Assembly: GCA_964545165.1 (NCBI GenBank)
Contig: CAZJEQ010000002.1
Coordinates: 37,072-101,071 of the forward strand
DNA: 64,000 bases
Reading direction: 5' to 3'
DNA from: an uncultured Candidatus Saccharibacteria bacterium
Lineage (GTDB): Bacteria; Patescibacteriota; Minisyncoccia; Phycocordibacterales; UBA2100
Part shown: piece by piece, positions 45,757 to 54,891 of the stretch
Position numbering within the stretch: position 1 is the first letter of the stretch
Layout: every line of letters starts with the position of its first letter
The notes under the pieces: generated by a model
What the model was told of the DNA's origin: nothing
The model's database searches: none
Seen by the model: the letters and a program-made list of their open reading frames with translations, nothing else
Made by a program: the position numbers and the translations under genes

Positions 45757-47922
45757 ATGAAGCTTGTCATCGTCGAGAGCCCCGCAAAAGCCAAGACCAT
45801 CGAAAAATATCTCGGTGCGGGTTTTACGGTGCGCGCTTCGGTAGGCCACATTCGCGATTTGCCCAAGAGCAACAAAGACGCTGTTGATGTAGAAAACGGC
45901 TTTAAGCCACGCTATCTCGTCGTGCCGGAGAAGCAGAAGGTTATTGATGAATTGCAAGATATCGCCGGCCGCGCGACCGAGGTGATCCTCGCGACAGACC
46001 CCGACCGCGAGGGCGAGGCTATTGCGTGGCACTTGGCTCAGACTATCGGACTCAAGAAGCCCAAGCGCATCGTCTTCCACGAAATCACTGAACATGCCGT
46101 CCAGGAAGCCCTCAAGAATCCGCGAAAGATTGATGAGGAACTGGTCTCTGCACAGGAAGCACGTCGCGTACTCGACCGCCTCTTCGGCTACGATCTCTCT
46201 GGCCTCATTTGGAAGAAAGTGCGCTACGGCCTCTCAGCAGGCCGTGTCCAATCACCTGCGCTGCGCATCATCATGGAGCGCGAGCGTGAGATCCGTGCCT
46301 TCATCCCCGAAAAATTCTGGGTCGTCTCTGCTGATGTAAAGGCAAAGAAAGGCGCGCAATTCACCGTGACCTGCTCTGAGGAGCCCAAGACAGAGGAAGA
46401 GGCGGCACGCATCGTGAAAGCCGCAGAGACCAAGGAGTGGTTTGTAAAATCCGTTGACGAGACAGAGGCATCGCGTACCGCGCGCGGCCCCTTCACCACC
46501 TCGACATTGCAGCAGGTCGCCTCGACCCGCCTCGGCTTCTCGCCCTCGCGCACGATGGGTGTCGCACAAAAATTGTACGAGGCAGGTCATATCACCTACA
46601 TGCGTACCGACAGCATGAACCTCGGTAAAGATGCGCAGGAAGCATTGCTTGCTGTCGCCACTGCTGAATTCGGTGAAAAGTACGCTGAGGCACACGTCTT
46701 TAAAACAAAATCCAAAAGCGCGCAGGAGGCACACGAGGCAGTACGCCCGACTGACCCGAAAAAGCGCACCGCTGGAAATACCGACGATCAGAAAAAGCTC
46801 TATACCCTCATTCGTGCCCGCGCACTCGCGAGCCAGATGACCGACGCAAAGACGCTTCGCACCAAGGTGATCGCCAATGTGAAAGGCGCTGAAATCCCTG
46901 ATTTCTCAGCCAATGGCTCACGCGTGATTTTCGACGGCTGGCTCGCGGCGGACCCGGATGCACGCGGTGAAGATGTCGAGCTGCCGAAAGTAGCTGCAGG
47001 AGACGCGCTCGATCTTATGGCGGCACATATGGAAGGCAAAGAAACGCAGCCGCCGTCGCGCTATACCGAAGCAGGATTGGTGAAGGAGCTCGAAAAGCGC
47101 GGCATCGGCCGTCCGTCTACCTACGCGAGCATCCTCCGTACGATCGAAGCACGCGGCTACGTCGAGAAGCAGGGGCGCACACTGCTCCCTACCGCCACCG
47201 GCGATGTCGTCTCCTCATTTATTGAGGAGAATTTCGCGGAATATATTTCAGACACGTTTACTGCCGAAATGGAAAATGAGCTTGATGAAATCTCCGAAGG
47301 CAAACGCGGCTACGAAAAGACGCTCAAGGATTTCTATGGACCCTTCACCAAGGCAGTGAAATCCAAAGCAAAGATCCCCAAAATTACATCGATGGGCGAC
47401 GCACCAGAAGAATTCCTCTGCCCTTTGTGCAGCGGACCGATGGAATACAAGCTGTCCAAGAATGGTCGCTTTATGAGCTGCAAGAAATTCCCTGAGTGCT
47501 TGGGTGCCCGCAAAGAAGACGGATCAGAGATCGCGCCACCGAAGGAGCTCGGCGAGCCCTGCCCCGATTGCGGCGGCAAATTGATTCAACGTGAGGGACG
47601 CTTCGGCATGTTTATTGCTTGCGCGAATTATCCCAAGTGCAAATTCGTGAAGAAAGATCCCGAGGAGGAGGCGAAGGCGAAGACGGGCGTCACCTGCCCG
47701 ACCTGCGGCACGGGCGAAATGCTCGAGCGTCGTGGCCGCTTCGGCATCTTCTTTGCCTGCTCCAACTACCCGCAGTGCAAAAACGCGATCAAGGCCCGCC
47801 CGACGGGCAAGATCTGCGAGATGTGTGGGAGCCTGATGATGGAAGGCACCAAGACGATCCCCGAACGCTGCTCAAGCAAAATCTGCCCCAACCACAATCC
47901 TCATAAGCTCGCGAAGAAGTAA
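45757..47922 (+). CDS. topA: DNA topoisomerase I with four C-terminal zinc ribbons
   Basis: TOPRIM (LVIVESPAKAKTI), catalytic Tyr region, CxxC...CxxC x4. Confidence 0.9.
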   Translation: MKLVIVESPAKAKTIEKYLGAGFTVRASVGHIRDLPKSNKDAVDVENGFKPRYLVVPEKQKVIDELQDIAGRATEVILATDPDREGEAIAWHLAQTIGLKKPKRIVFHEITEHAVQEALKNPRKIDEELVSAQEARRVLDRLFGYDLSGLIWKKVRYGLSAGRVQSPALRIIMEREREIRAFIPEKFWVVSADVKAKKGAQFTVTCSEEPKTEEEAARIVKAAETKEWFVKSVDETEASRTARGPFTTSTLQQVASTRLGFSPSRTMGVAQKLYEAGHITYMRTDSMNLGKDAQEALLAVATAEFGEKYAEAHVFKTKSKSAQEAHEAVRPTDPKKRTAGNTDDQKKLYTLIRARALASQMTDAKTLRTKVIANVKGAEIPDFSANGSRVIFDGWLAADPDARGEDVELPKVAAGDALDLMAAHMEGKETQPPSRYTEAGLVKELEKRGIGRPSTYASILRTIEARGYVEKQGRTLLPTATGDVVSSFIEENFAEYISDTFTAEMENELDEISEGKRGYEKTLKDFYGPFTKAVKSKAKIPKITSMGDAPEEFLCPLCSGPMEYKLSKNGRFMSCKKFPECLGARKEDGSEIAPPKELGEPCPDCGGKLIQREGRFGMFIACANYPKCKFVKKDPEEEAKAKTGVTCPTCGTGEMLERRGRFGIFFACSNYPQCKNAIKARPTGKICEMCGSLMMEGTKTIPERCSSKICPNHNPHKLAKK

Positions 47923-47962
47923 CCTCATTTGCGTACATCGGTCAGGGCAGTATCATCTGGAG

Positions 47963-49498
47963 ATGATTCCTGCTCCGACCAGACCCCTCAAGGACATTCT
48001 TGGCGCAATGAACTCAAAGACGGCCCCGGATGTGGCGCTTGTCTCCAAAGCATACGAATTCTCCAAAGAGGCACACAAGGATCAGAAGCGCTACTCCGGC
48101 GACAACTATTTCGTGCATCCGGCAGAAGTCGGCTACCTCCTCGCCCAAGTCGGTATGGATGCACAGACGATCGCAGCGGGCCTTCTCCACGACACGATTG
48201 AAGACGCTGGCGTGCGTCCGCAGACGATTGAGGATGAATTTAACGCAGAAGTCCTCACGCTCGTCCAGGGCGTCACCAAGCTCGGCACACTCCGCTACCG
48301 CGGATTGGAGCGTCATACAGAATCGCTCCGCAAGCTCTTCGCTGCTACTGCCAAAGACATTCGCGTCCTCATCATCAAACTCATGGACCGCCTCCACAAT
48401 GCGCGCACACTCGAACACGTCCCAAAGATTGAGAAGCGCACGCGCATCGCGCTTGAGACGCTCGAAATTTACGCGCCGATTGCGGACCGTCTCGGTATGT
48501 CGGTTGCTAAGCAGGAATTGGAAGACGCCGCGTTTCCGTGGGCAATGCCCAAGGAGTACGAGAAGACACGCGAGATGCAGCGTGAGCGCAAAAACGAAAA
48601 CGAGAAGCGTCTGGAGAAGGTCGAGCACGATCTCAAGCGAGAGCTCGCGGAAGCAGGCATCCGCCACTTCAGCGCCGAAGCACGCATCAAGGGTATTTAC
48701 AGTCTGTACAAAAAATTAGAGCGCAAAGATTGGGACATCACCAAGATCTACGACATTCTCGCGCTTCGCATCGTCTTTCCTTCGGTTGCTGACTGCTACT
48801 CGGCACTCGGTGTGATTCATGGGCACTGGCGTCCCGTGCCAGGCAAGATCAAAGACTACATCGCCTTTCCCAAGCCCAACGGCTACCAATCCATCCACAC
48901 GACCGTGTATACGGGTGACGGCGGCGCGCTCGAGATCCAGCTGCGCACTGAATCCCAGCATCGCGAAGCCCTCTACGGCATCGCCTCGCACCTCACCTAC
49001 AAGGAAGTACAGGGCGGTGAAAAGCGCGGTGGGCTCGAATGGATCCGACAATTCTTTCCCCGATCGAAAGCAGCAGTCACGGTGGCGGCTGACCCTGCCG
49101 AGGATAAGGTACCGATGTGGGTACAAGATCTCGCCTCTGCGCATCACGACGGTGAATCCGAAGAATATCTCGATACCCTCAAAACAGACTTCTTCTCACA
49201 TCGCGTATTTGCCTTCACTCCGAAAGGCGACGTTATCGACCTCCCCATCACGGCGACACCGATTGATTTTGCCTATGCGGTGCACTCCGACCTCGGCAAC
49301 AAAATGTCGGGTGCGCGTGTGAATGGAAAGATGGTCTCGCTCGATACCAAACTACGCAACGGCGATCTTGTAGAGATCATCGTGAAGCCTGCTGGAAAGC
49401 CCTCGCGCAAGTGGCACGACATCGCGAAGACCAACATGGCAAAGAAACACATCCGCGCCGCCCTTGCCGCGATGGAGAAAAACAAACCCACGCATTAA
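47963..49498 (+). CDS. Bifunctional (p)ppGpp synthetase/hydrolase, short Rel/SpoT homologue (HD + synthetase + TGS, no ACT)
   Basis: HD motif LLHDTIED; synthetase block RIVFPSVADCY...GYQSIHTTV; TGS VFAFTPKGDVIDLP. Confidence 0.85.
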   Translation: MIPAPTRPLKDILGAMNSKTAPDVALVSKAYEFSKEAHKDQKRYSGDNYFVHPAEVGYLLAQVGMDAQTIAAGLLHDTIEDAGVRPQTIEDEFNAEVLTLVQGVTKLGTLRYRGLERHTESLRKLFAATAKDIRVLIIKLMDRLHNARTLEHVPKIEKRTRIALETLEIYAPIADRLGMSVAKQELEDAAFPWAMPKEYEKTREMQRERKNENEKRLEKVEHDLKRELAEAGIRHFSAEARIKGIYSLYKKLERKDWDITKIYDILALRIVFPSVADCYSALGVIHGHWRPVPGKIKDYIAFPKPNGYQSIHTTVYTGDGGALEIQLRTESQHREALYGIASHLTYKEVQGGEKRGGLEWIRQFFPRSKAAVTVAADPAEDKVPMWVQDLASAHHDGESEEYLDTLKTDFFSHRVFAFTPKGDVIDLPITATPIDFAYAVHSDLGNKMSGARVNGKMVSLDTKLRNGDLVEIIVKPAGKPSRKWHDIAKTNMAKKHIRAALAAMEKNKPTH

Positions 49499-50508
49499 AC
49501 ACTGAAATTCGAAATGGAGTAGAGATCACTCTCTGTTTTTTCTCCGCCAGCTGGCGGATTTTTCTCAACCTGCTGACCGACCACCTCTTCCGGTGAATCG
49601 GGTCTAATAGGCGGCTCTTCTGGCGGGATCGGCGACGGCTCGGGGGTCTCCAACGCAATGGGCGCGGCACTCACTGCACTGCGCTGCTGAGCGAGTGACA
49701 TGCAAAGCGCGGTCAGATCCTCTGGGGAGAAGAAATCAATCATCACCTTACCGCCAGTATCCTTCTTTTCGATGCGCACGCGCGTACCCAGACTCTCTGA
49801 GAGACGCTTCTCAAGATCAAGAAGATCAGGACTCAGGAGTGCCTTGTGACGCACACGTTCCACCGCGATACGACGTGCGACCTGCTCGGCGTCGCGCACC
49901 GTCATGCGACGCGCAATGATTTCTTTGAAAAGCGTCATTTGCTCTTCTGGTCTGTCGGCGAGCATCAGAAGTGGGCGGGTATGGCCTTCGGAGATTTCTC
50001 CCGACTGGAGCGCGAGCTGCATGAGATCCGGCAGTGCGAGAATGCGGAGCGTGTTGGAGACGTATTCGCGGCTTTTGCCGACGCGCACGGAGATTTCCTT
50101 ATGAGAGAGCGAGAATTCATCGACAAGACGTTTGAATGCCTTGGCGCGATCAAGCGCATTGAGATCTTCGCGTTGCAAATTTTCGATGATCGCAAGCTCC
50201 AGCTTCATGCGATCGCTGTCTTCCCCACTGCGGATAACCACGGGGACTTCGCGAAGGCCGGCGAGCTTTGATGCACGAAGACGTCGCTCACCCGCGACAA
50301 GCTCATACTGTACAAAAATTCCCTCACCGGGACGCTCTACCTCTTTGCGCGTGACGGTGAGTGGCTGGAGGATGCCGTACTGACGAATCGACTCCGAAAG
50401 GGACGCGAGATTAGCCTCATCGAAGGTACGACGTGGCTGAAAGGGGTTTGGCTGGATACGATCTACCTCAACCCAAAAAATGGAATTGTCCTGGTACTGA
50501 CTCGACAT
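49495..50508 (-). CDS. parB: ParB/Spo0J-like partition protein
   Basis: ParB box VAGERRLRASKLAG, HTH; 4-nt convergent overlap with rel. Confidence 0.85.
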   Translation of the reverse strand: MSSQYQDNSIFWVEVDRIQPNPFQPRRTFDEANLASLSESIRQYGILQPLTVTRKEVERPGEGIFVQYELVAGERRLRASKLAGLREVPVVIRSGEDSDRMKLELAIIENLQREDLNALDRAKAFKRLVDEFSLSHKEISVRVGKSREYVSNTLRILALPDLMQLALQSGEISEGHTRPLLMLADRPEEQMTLFKEIIARRMTVRDAEQVARRIAVERVRHKALLSPDLLDLEKRLSESLGTRVRIEKKDTGGKVMIDFFSPEDLTALCMSLAQQRSAVSAAPIALETPEPSPIPPEEPPIRPDSPEEVVGQQVEKNPPAGGEKTESDLYSISNFSV

Positions 50509-50547
50509 TTTCGGATTATATCACGCACCGTATTCTCTCATCCTGAC

Positions 50548-51345
50548 CTATTCACTGATCGTCCACGTGGGGCTTTTTATTTCATTTACGCCTCCTGCAT
50601 CCTGCTCATCTATAGAACGCAGGCCGTTGACCTGTATCACGGCCCGATAGTGCGGATAAAGCTGTCCGGAAATCGGATTCGCTACTGATGCCGGCACATC
50701 GATCTCGACTACGACGACCTCACCTGGCAAAGGAACAACGCGTACGCCGCTGACGGGACTTCCGAGCGGGGTGTAACTGTCGGCATCGGCATATTCAAGC
50801 GAAACTTCGAAATCAAATTCAGGCTTTGAGAGGCCATTGTTTTGCCCGCCAACATTTGTCACTTCAAAACGCACGTGTTGCATATCGTTTCTTGCGCGGC
50901 TCGGAAATGAAATGGTCGCGTTGCGGAGCGCGAGGTCGGCTCCGGTGCTCTTCACCGCGTAGAGAGGAATGCCTGGCTCAAAGCTGCCAGGCAGATCCCA
51001 GGTGCAGCTGCTGCTTCCCCTGTCTGTATATAGCGACACGCGTTGGATACAATCTGCTTTTGCGGCTTCTTTGGTCAGAGCAGTCTCGCTGGTGAAAACA
51101 ATCTTGTCGCCGCGCTGTATGTAGTACGGATGCATCTCCGCGCCAGTGAGCGGTGCAGGCTCGTCGGGGACCCCATACTCTTGCGCGGTGAAGGAAGTCG
51201 ACTCGCTGACACCGTGTGGTGCGCTCGACTGCTTGTCGCCGGTGAGAGTAAAAAGATACACGCCTCCCAAGACGAGTGCCGAGACCGCGAGTACGCTCAA
51301 GATCGTAGTCACTCCGACAAAGCCTCTCATGTTCATATATGACAA
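50548..51345 (-). CDS. Hypothetical membrane-anchored secreted protein
   Basis: Signal anchor; no domain. Confidence 0.45.
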   Translation of the reverse strand: MSYMNMRGFVGVTTILSVLAVSALVLGGVYLFTLTGDKQSSAPHGVSESTSFTAQEYGVPDEPAPLTGAEMHPYYIQRGDKIVFTSETALTKEAAKADCIQRVSLYTDRGSSSCTWDLPGSFEPGIPLYAVKSTGADLALRNATISFPSRARNDMQHVRFEVTNVGGQNNGLSKPEFDFEVSLEYADADSYTPLGSPVSGVRVVPLPGEVVVVEIDVPASVANPISGQLYPHYRAVIQVNGLRSIDEQDAGGVNEIKSPTWTISE

Positions 51346-51367
51346 TAGTACTTCATTTTTGATGCTA

Positions 51368-51497
51368 TGTGCCGGGAGTGGGAATCGGCCAAGCGCTCGA
51401 GAAATTGCCGACGCAATTTCTCTCCGCTCGGCCCTGCTCAGGCATCCCCGCCTGCTGGCGGGGCCCCAGCCCTCGCCTTCGATTCACACTCCCGGCA
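51368..51497. repeat. 130-nt element bounded by 18-20-nt copies of the tRNA-Leu 3' end (direct at 51368-51387, inverted at 51480-51497)
   Basis: TGTGCCGGGAGTGGGAATCG repeats the 3' terminus of the adjacent tRNA-Leu; the inverted copy has 1 mismatch; the core contains two further hairpins. Confidence 0.5.
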
Positions 51498-51529
51498 ATA
51501 AACGTAAAAGTCGACAGAATTCTGTCGAC
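51498..51529 (-). terminator. Terminator after tRNA-Leu
   Basis: GTCGACAGAATTCTGTCGAC palindrome followed on the minus strand by TTTTACGTTTAT. Confidence 0.5.
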
Positions 51530-51543
51530 TCAACGTTTTTGTG

Positions 51544-51625
51544 TGCCGGGAGTGGGAATCGAACCCACACACCTTGCGATACACGATTTTGAGTCGTGCG
51601 CGTCTACCAATTCCGCCATCCCGGC
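51544..51625 (-). tRNA. tRNA-Leu (anticodon CAA), type II
   Basis: Manual fold: acceptor GCCGGGA/TCCCGGC, anticodon stem CACGA/TCGTG loop CTCAAAA, long variable arm, T-arm GTGGG-TTCGATT-CCCAC. Confidence 0.8.
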
Positions 51626-51694
51626 TTATTTGCTGCCCACTTCGTACAAAGAACCACTGTGCGTAAATTCTCCGATGGACCCTGCCACTACTTA

Positions 51695-51712
51695 TTCCGC
51701 CATCCCGGCTTG
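51695..51712 (-). repeat. Direct repeat of the tRNA-Leu 5' end (ATTCCGCCATCCCGGCTT) 67 nt upstream of the gene; start of a decayed partial copy
   Basis: Identical 18-mer at 51610-51627 and 51695-51712; downstream sequence diverges (GGCGGAATAAGTAGTGG vs GGCGGAATTGGTAGACG). Confidence 0.45.
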
Positions 51713-51761
51713 CCGCGCATAATACTTCAATAATGAGCCTCTATAAAGTAAGGTAGCCCCT

Positions 51762-52658
51762 ATGGAGCTTCAGAAGGTCCTCGTCATCGTTGGTCCCACC
51801 GCCTCGGGCAAAAGCGCGCTCGGGGTCTCTTTGGCGCGAAAATTCAAAGGCGAGGTGATATCCGCCGATTCGCGGCAGGTCTACAAGGGACTCGATATCG
51901 GGACCGGCAAGATCACCAAAAAGGAGATGCAAGGAATTCCTCATCACCTACTCGATATCGCGAGCCCCAAAAAGAAATTCTCGGCAGGCGATTTCACGCG
52001 TCTCGCCCGCGCCAAAATACATTCGATCTCTACTGCTAAAAAGACGCCGATAGTGGTTGGCGGCACCGGATTTTATATCGATACCTTACTCGGCCGGATC
52101 ACCACACCTGATGTGCCGCCCAACAAAGCCCTGCGTACGCGGCTGCAGAAGAAATCTGCTGCGCAACTCTTCGCGCTCCTGAAGAAACGCGACCCTGCGC
52201 GCGCCAAAGCGATGGATACGCCAAGTGAGCGCAACAATAAAGTGCGTCTTATCCGAGCGCTTGAAATCGCCGCCGCAAAGCCGAGGGGAAAAGATGTCGC
52301 ACCTGCGTATGACGTGCTCTGGATCGGGATCAATCCGCCCTTCGCGACGCTCGAGAAGAAAATCAGCGTTCGCTTATTCGCGCGAATGGGCGAACGCGGG
52401 ATGATCGTCGAGGCGAAGCGTCTACACAAAGCGGGTCTCTCCTACAAACGCATGGAAGAGCTGGGGCTCGAATACCGCTCACTCGCCCGTTTTCTCCAGG
52501 GCAAGATCTCGAAGCGTGAAATGGAAGCCGAGCTCCAGCGCGACATCCGCCGCTATGCCAAAAAGCAGCTCATGTATTGGAAACGCAACAAAGAGATCAC
52601 GTGGTTTGACCCGAAAGACGTGAGGAGAATCGAGTCTCACGTGCGTACATGGATCTAG
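51762..52658 (+). CDS. miaA: tRNA dimethylallyltransferase
   Basis: P-loop GPTASGKS, DSRQVY, GGTGFY motifs. Confidence 0.9.
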   Translation: MELQKVLVIVGPTASGKSALGVSLARKFKGEVISADSRQVYKGLDIGTGKITKKEMQGIPHHLLDIASPKKKFSAGDFTRLARAKIHSISTAKKTPIVVGGTGFYIDTLLGRITTPDVPPNKALRTRLQKKSAAQLFALLKKRDPARAKAMDTPSERNNKVRLIRALEIAAAKPRGKDVAPAYDVLWIGINPPFATLEKKISVRLFARMGERGMIVEAKRLHKAGLSYKRMEELGLEYRSLARFLQGKISKREMEAELQRDIRRYAKKQLMYWKRNKEITWFDPKDVRRIESHVRTWI

Positions 52659-53182
52659 TACCAGTCCTTATGTTTTAGCTGCGAGAGCGCGATAATCGCC
52701 GCGGGTAGGTAGTACTGCGCGCGGTCGATGACGCCGTCGGTGAGCTGGCCCACAAAACCCGTGCTCTGCTTGGAATTCGTCGTGCCGAAGAATCGATCGG
52801 CGGCTTCGCCGAGCTCCAGACCACTCTCGACCAGCTGCGATATTTCGCGTGGGATATGAAAACTCGCGGTGGATGCCTCGGTGATGCTTCCCTCTTTATC
52901 GGCCATCGCAAGCCACGCACGCTCCGCGAGCTGCTTGCCATCGCGGAAGAGGCCGCCTTCTTGAGCAGACCAATAATCCGCATCCGAATGCGATTGCCTG
53001 ATAGCTGCGAGTCGATTGAGTGCGCCTTGGCGCGTCTCGTCATCCATCGGCTGATCTGGGACACCGGAATCCGATTTAACACCCTGCACATCAAATTCTT
53101 CTTCGGGATATACCGCGGCAAACGCACGTCTGGCGACTTCGATTTTCACCGGGTTGGTCGATGCGACAATCACCTTCTTCAT
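52655..53182 (-). CDS. Inosine/xanthosine triphosphatase (YjjX/Maf-Ham1-like non-canonical NTPase)
   Basis: MKKVIVASTNPVKIEVARRAF N-terminus typical of YjjX. Confidence 0.7.
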   Translation of the reverse strand: MKKVIVASTNPVKIEVARRAFAAVYPEEEFDVQGVKSDSGVPDQPMDDETRQGALNRLAAIRQSHSDADYWSAQEGGLFRDGKQLAERAWLAMADKEGSITEASTASFHIPREISQLVESGLELGEAADRFFGTTNSKQSTGFVGQLTDGVIDRAQYYLPAAIIALSQLKHKDWY

Positions 53183-53255
53183 GGCGGGCCCACTAGGAAT
53201 CGAACCTAGGTCAGCGGTTTTGGAGACCGCTGTTCTACCATTGAACTATGGACCC
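53182..53255 (-). tRNA. tRNA-Trp (anticodon CCA), CCA encoded
   Basis: Manual fold: acceptor GGGTCCA/TGGGCCC (one GU), D-stem GTTC/GAAC, anticodon stem GCGGT/ACCGC loop CTCCAAA, T-arm CTAGG-TTCGATT-CCTAG. Confidence 0.85.
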
Positions 53256-53319
53256 TTGCGGGCTCAGTATAGTGCCGCGAGAGACTTAAGAAAAGAGCGC
53301 CTTTCGGCGCTCTCGTCTG

Positions 53320-53475
53320 TTACTTCTTGGATTCCTTGAAAATCACGTGTTTGCGGAGCTTTTTTGAGTACTTCTTGAGCTCGATTTTCTTGGTGACGAG
53401 CTTCTTGTTTTTACGCGTCCAGTACACCTCGCCGGTCGGCGCGTGCTTGAGCTGAATCAATTGATCTTGCGACAT
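53320..53475 (-). CDS. rpmG: 50S ribosomal protein L33
   Basis: 51 aa, TGEVYWTRKNKKLVTKKIELKKYSKKLRKHVIFKESK resembles L33; true start MSQDQ (the track ORF is extended). Confidence 0.75.
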   Translation of the reverse strand: MSQDQLIQLKHAPTGEVYWTRKNKKLVTKKIELKKYSKKLRKHVIFKESKK

Positions 53476-53531
53476 AGTGGGAAGACTATATCGCAACGCC
53501 AGCACATCGTCAATCGGCGCCGCGAGCCGTA

Positions 53532-53972
53532 TCACCCGGCCCCAAGGCCACCGACCCCGCGATCACAGACCTGGTTCCAGGGGCCAAATCGGTTGTCCTC
53601 GTTGACGAATGATTTCATCAACGTATCCACACACACCCAGGAAACCAGCAAAATGACGAGACCGACCGTCACGTTGCTAAATACGCGCTTGGCCTTGCCG
53701 TATTTCTCGCTATTGCCTGCAGCGGTGAGGAATTCAAAACCAGCCCACGCAAACATCACCGCCGCGAGGATAACCAGCATATAGACTCCGGCATTTAAGA
53801 GGTTCTGCGCCAGCTGAGCGAGATCACAGACGCTGCATTTCCACGCCGCTTCTGCGCCCTGGCAGTTGGGCGGCACGATAGGCTCAGTGAGGGCTTTCTG
53901 GGCAAAGGCTGCAATCGGGGTAAGCAGCACCGCACCGGCAGATAGAGCAGCTGCAACACGCTCTAATTTCAT
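53532..53972 (-). CDS. T4SS-pilin-like (TrbC/VirB2-type) small secreted two-TM protein of Patescibacteria type
   Basis: Signal peptide MKLERVAAALSAGAVLLTPIAAFAQ, Cys-containing spacer, then two hydrophobic helices separated by a short loop. Confidence 0.5.
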   Translation of the reverse strand: MKLERVAAALSAGAVLLTPIAAFAQKALTEPIVPPNCQGAEAAWKCSVCDLAQLAQNLLNAGVYMLVILAAVMFAWAGFEFLTAAGNSEKYGKAKRVFSNVTVGLVILLVSWVCVDTLMKSFVNEDNRFGPWNQVCDRGVGGLGAG

Positions 53973-54017
53973 GGAGATATTGTAGCACGGTCAAAAATGC
54001 GGCATACTTCAGCGCAC

Positions 54018-54100
54018 GCGTCGTTACCCAAGTGGTCAAAGGGGACTGGCTGTAAACCAGTTGACTTCGGTCTTCGTTGGTTCGAATCCAACACGGCGCA
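54018..54100 (+). tRNA. tRNA-Tyr (anticodon GTA), type II
   Basis: Manual fold: acceptor GCGTCGT/ACGGCGC (one GU), anticodon stem ACTGG/CCAGT loop CTGTAAA, long variable arm GACTTCGGTC, T-arm GTTGG-TTCGAAT-CCAAC, discriminator A. Confidence 0.8.
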
Positions 54101-54105
54101 CAAAT

Positions 54106-54861
54106 ATGAGGGCCACTCACAAGCACCCCTTGGTATCCGTGGTCGTACCGACACTCAACGAAGAGCAGTACTTACCTCACCTCCTTGAATCTCTAGTGGG
54201 TATTGAAAATATGGACATCACCGTTGTCGACGGAAATTCTACAGATCAAACGACTGCTGTTGTATCACGTTATTTCGATCGGTTTTCGGGCACATCATCA
54301 TTACGACTCATACAGACAAACGACCGCAGTATCGCCAAACAGAGGAATCTTGGTGCTCGCGCCTCAAATCATGCGATATTACTTTTCCTCGATGCCGACG
54401 TCGTGATTCCTTCGCACAGTACATATCACGATCTTCTCGACCTTTTTTTAGCCCGGGAATGGAGCGCCATGAACCCGAAATATACTTCTCATCCGCTCGA
54501 TAATCACCGTTTCGGATTCTGGGGCTTTGAAATCATTTACCTTTTGCAAAAAGTCTCTATCGCGATTGGCAAACCATTTTTTACGGGCGCGTGCATCTTT
54601 ACACATCGCGACATATTTGAACGCATCGGTGGCTTTGATGAGACGCTACTTCTCAGTGAGGACATGGATTTCGCACGACGCATTACACCCCACCGGCCAT
54701 GTGGCGTCGTGCCGATCAAAGTTGCGACCTCTACGCGTCGCTTGAAGAAAATTACTTTCAGAGGATCACTTTCAATAGCAAAAGCACTTCCTGGTCTCGT
54801 AGTACACGGTCGGGTATCGAACAATCTCGTTACCCATTACGGCTTCGGAGATCACAGATAA
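54106..54861 (+). CDS. Family 2 glycosyltransferase (DPM1-like)
   Basis: VSVVVPTLNEE, DGNSTD, LFLDADV (DxD) motifs; start at internal Met directly after the tRNA. Confidence 0.75.
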   Translation: MRATHKHPLVSVVVPTLNEEQYLPHLLESLVGIENMDITVVDGNSTDQTTAVVSRYFDRFSGTSSLRLIQTNDRSIAKQRNLGARASNHAILLFLDADVVIPSHSTYHDLLDLFLAREWSAMNPKYTSHPLDNHRFGFWGFEIIYLLQKVSIAIGKPFFTGACIFTHRDIFERIGGFDETLLLSEDMDFARRITPHRPCGVVPIKVATSTRRLKKITFRGSLSIAKALPGLVVHGRVSNNLVTHYGFGDHR

Positions 54862-54891
54862 AACAACAGACCCCGAATGGGGCCAGTTGTT

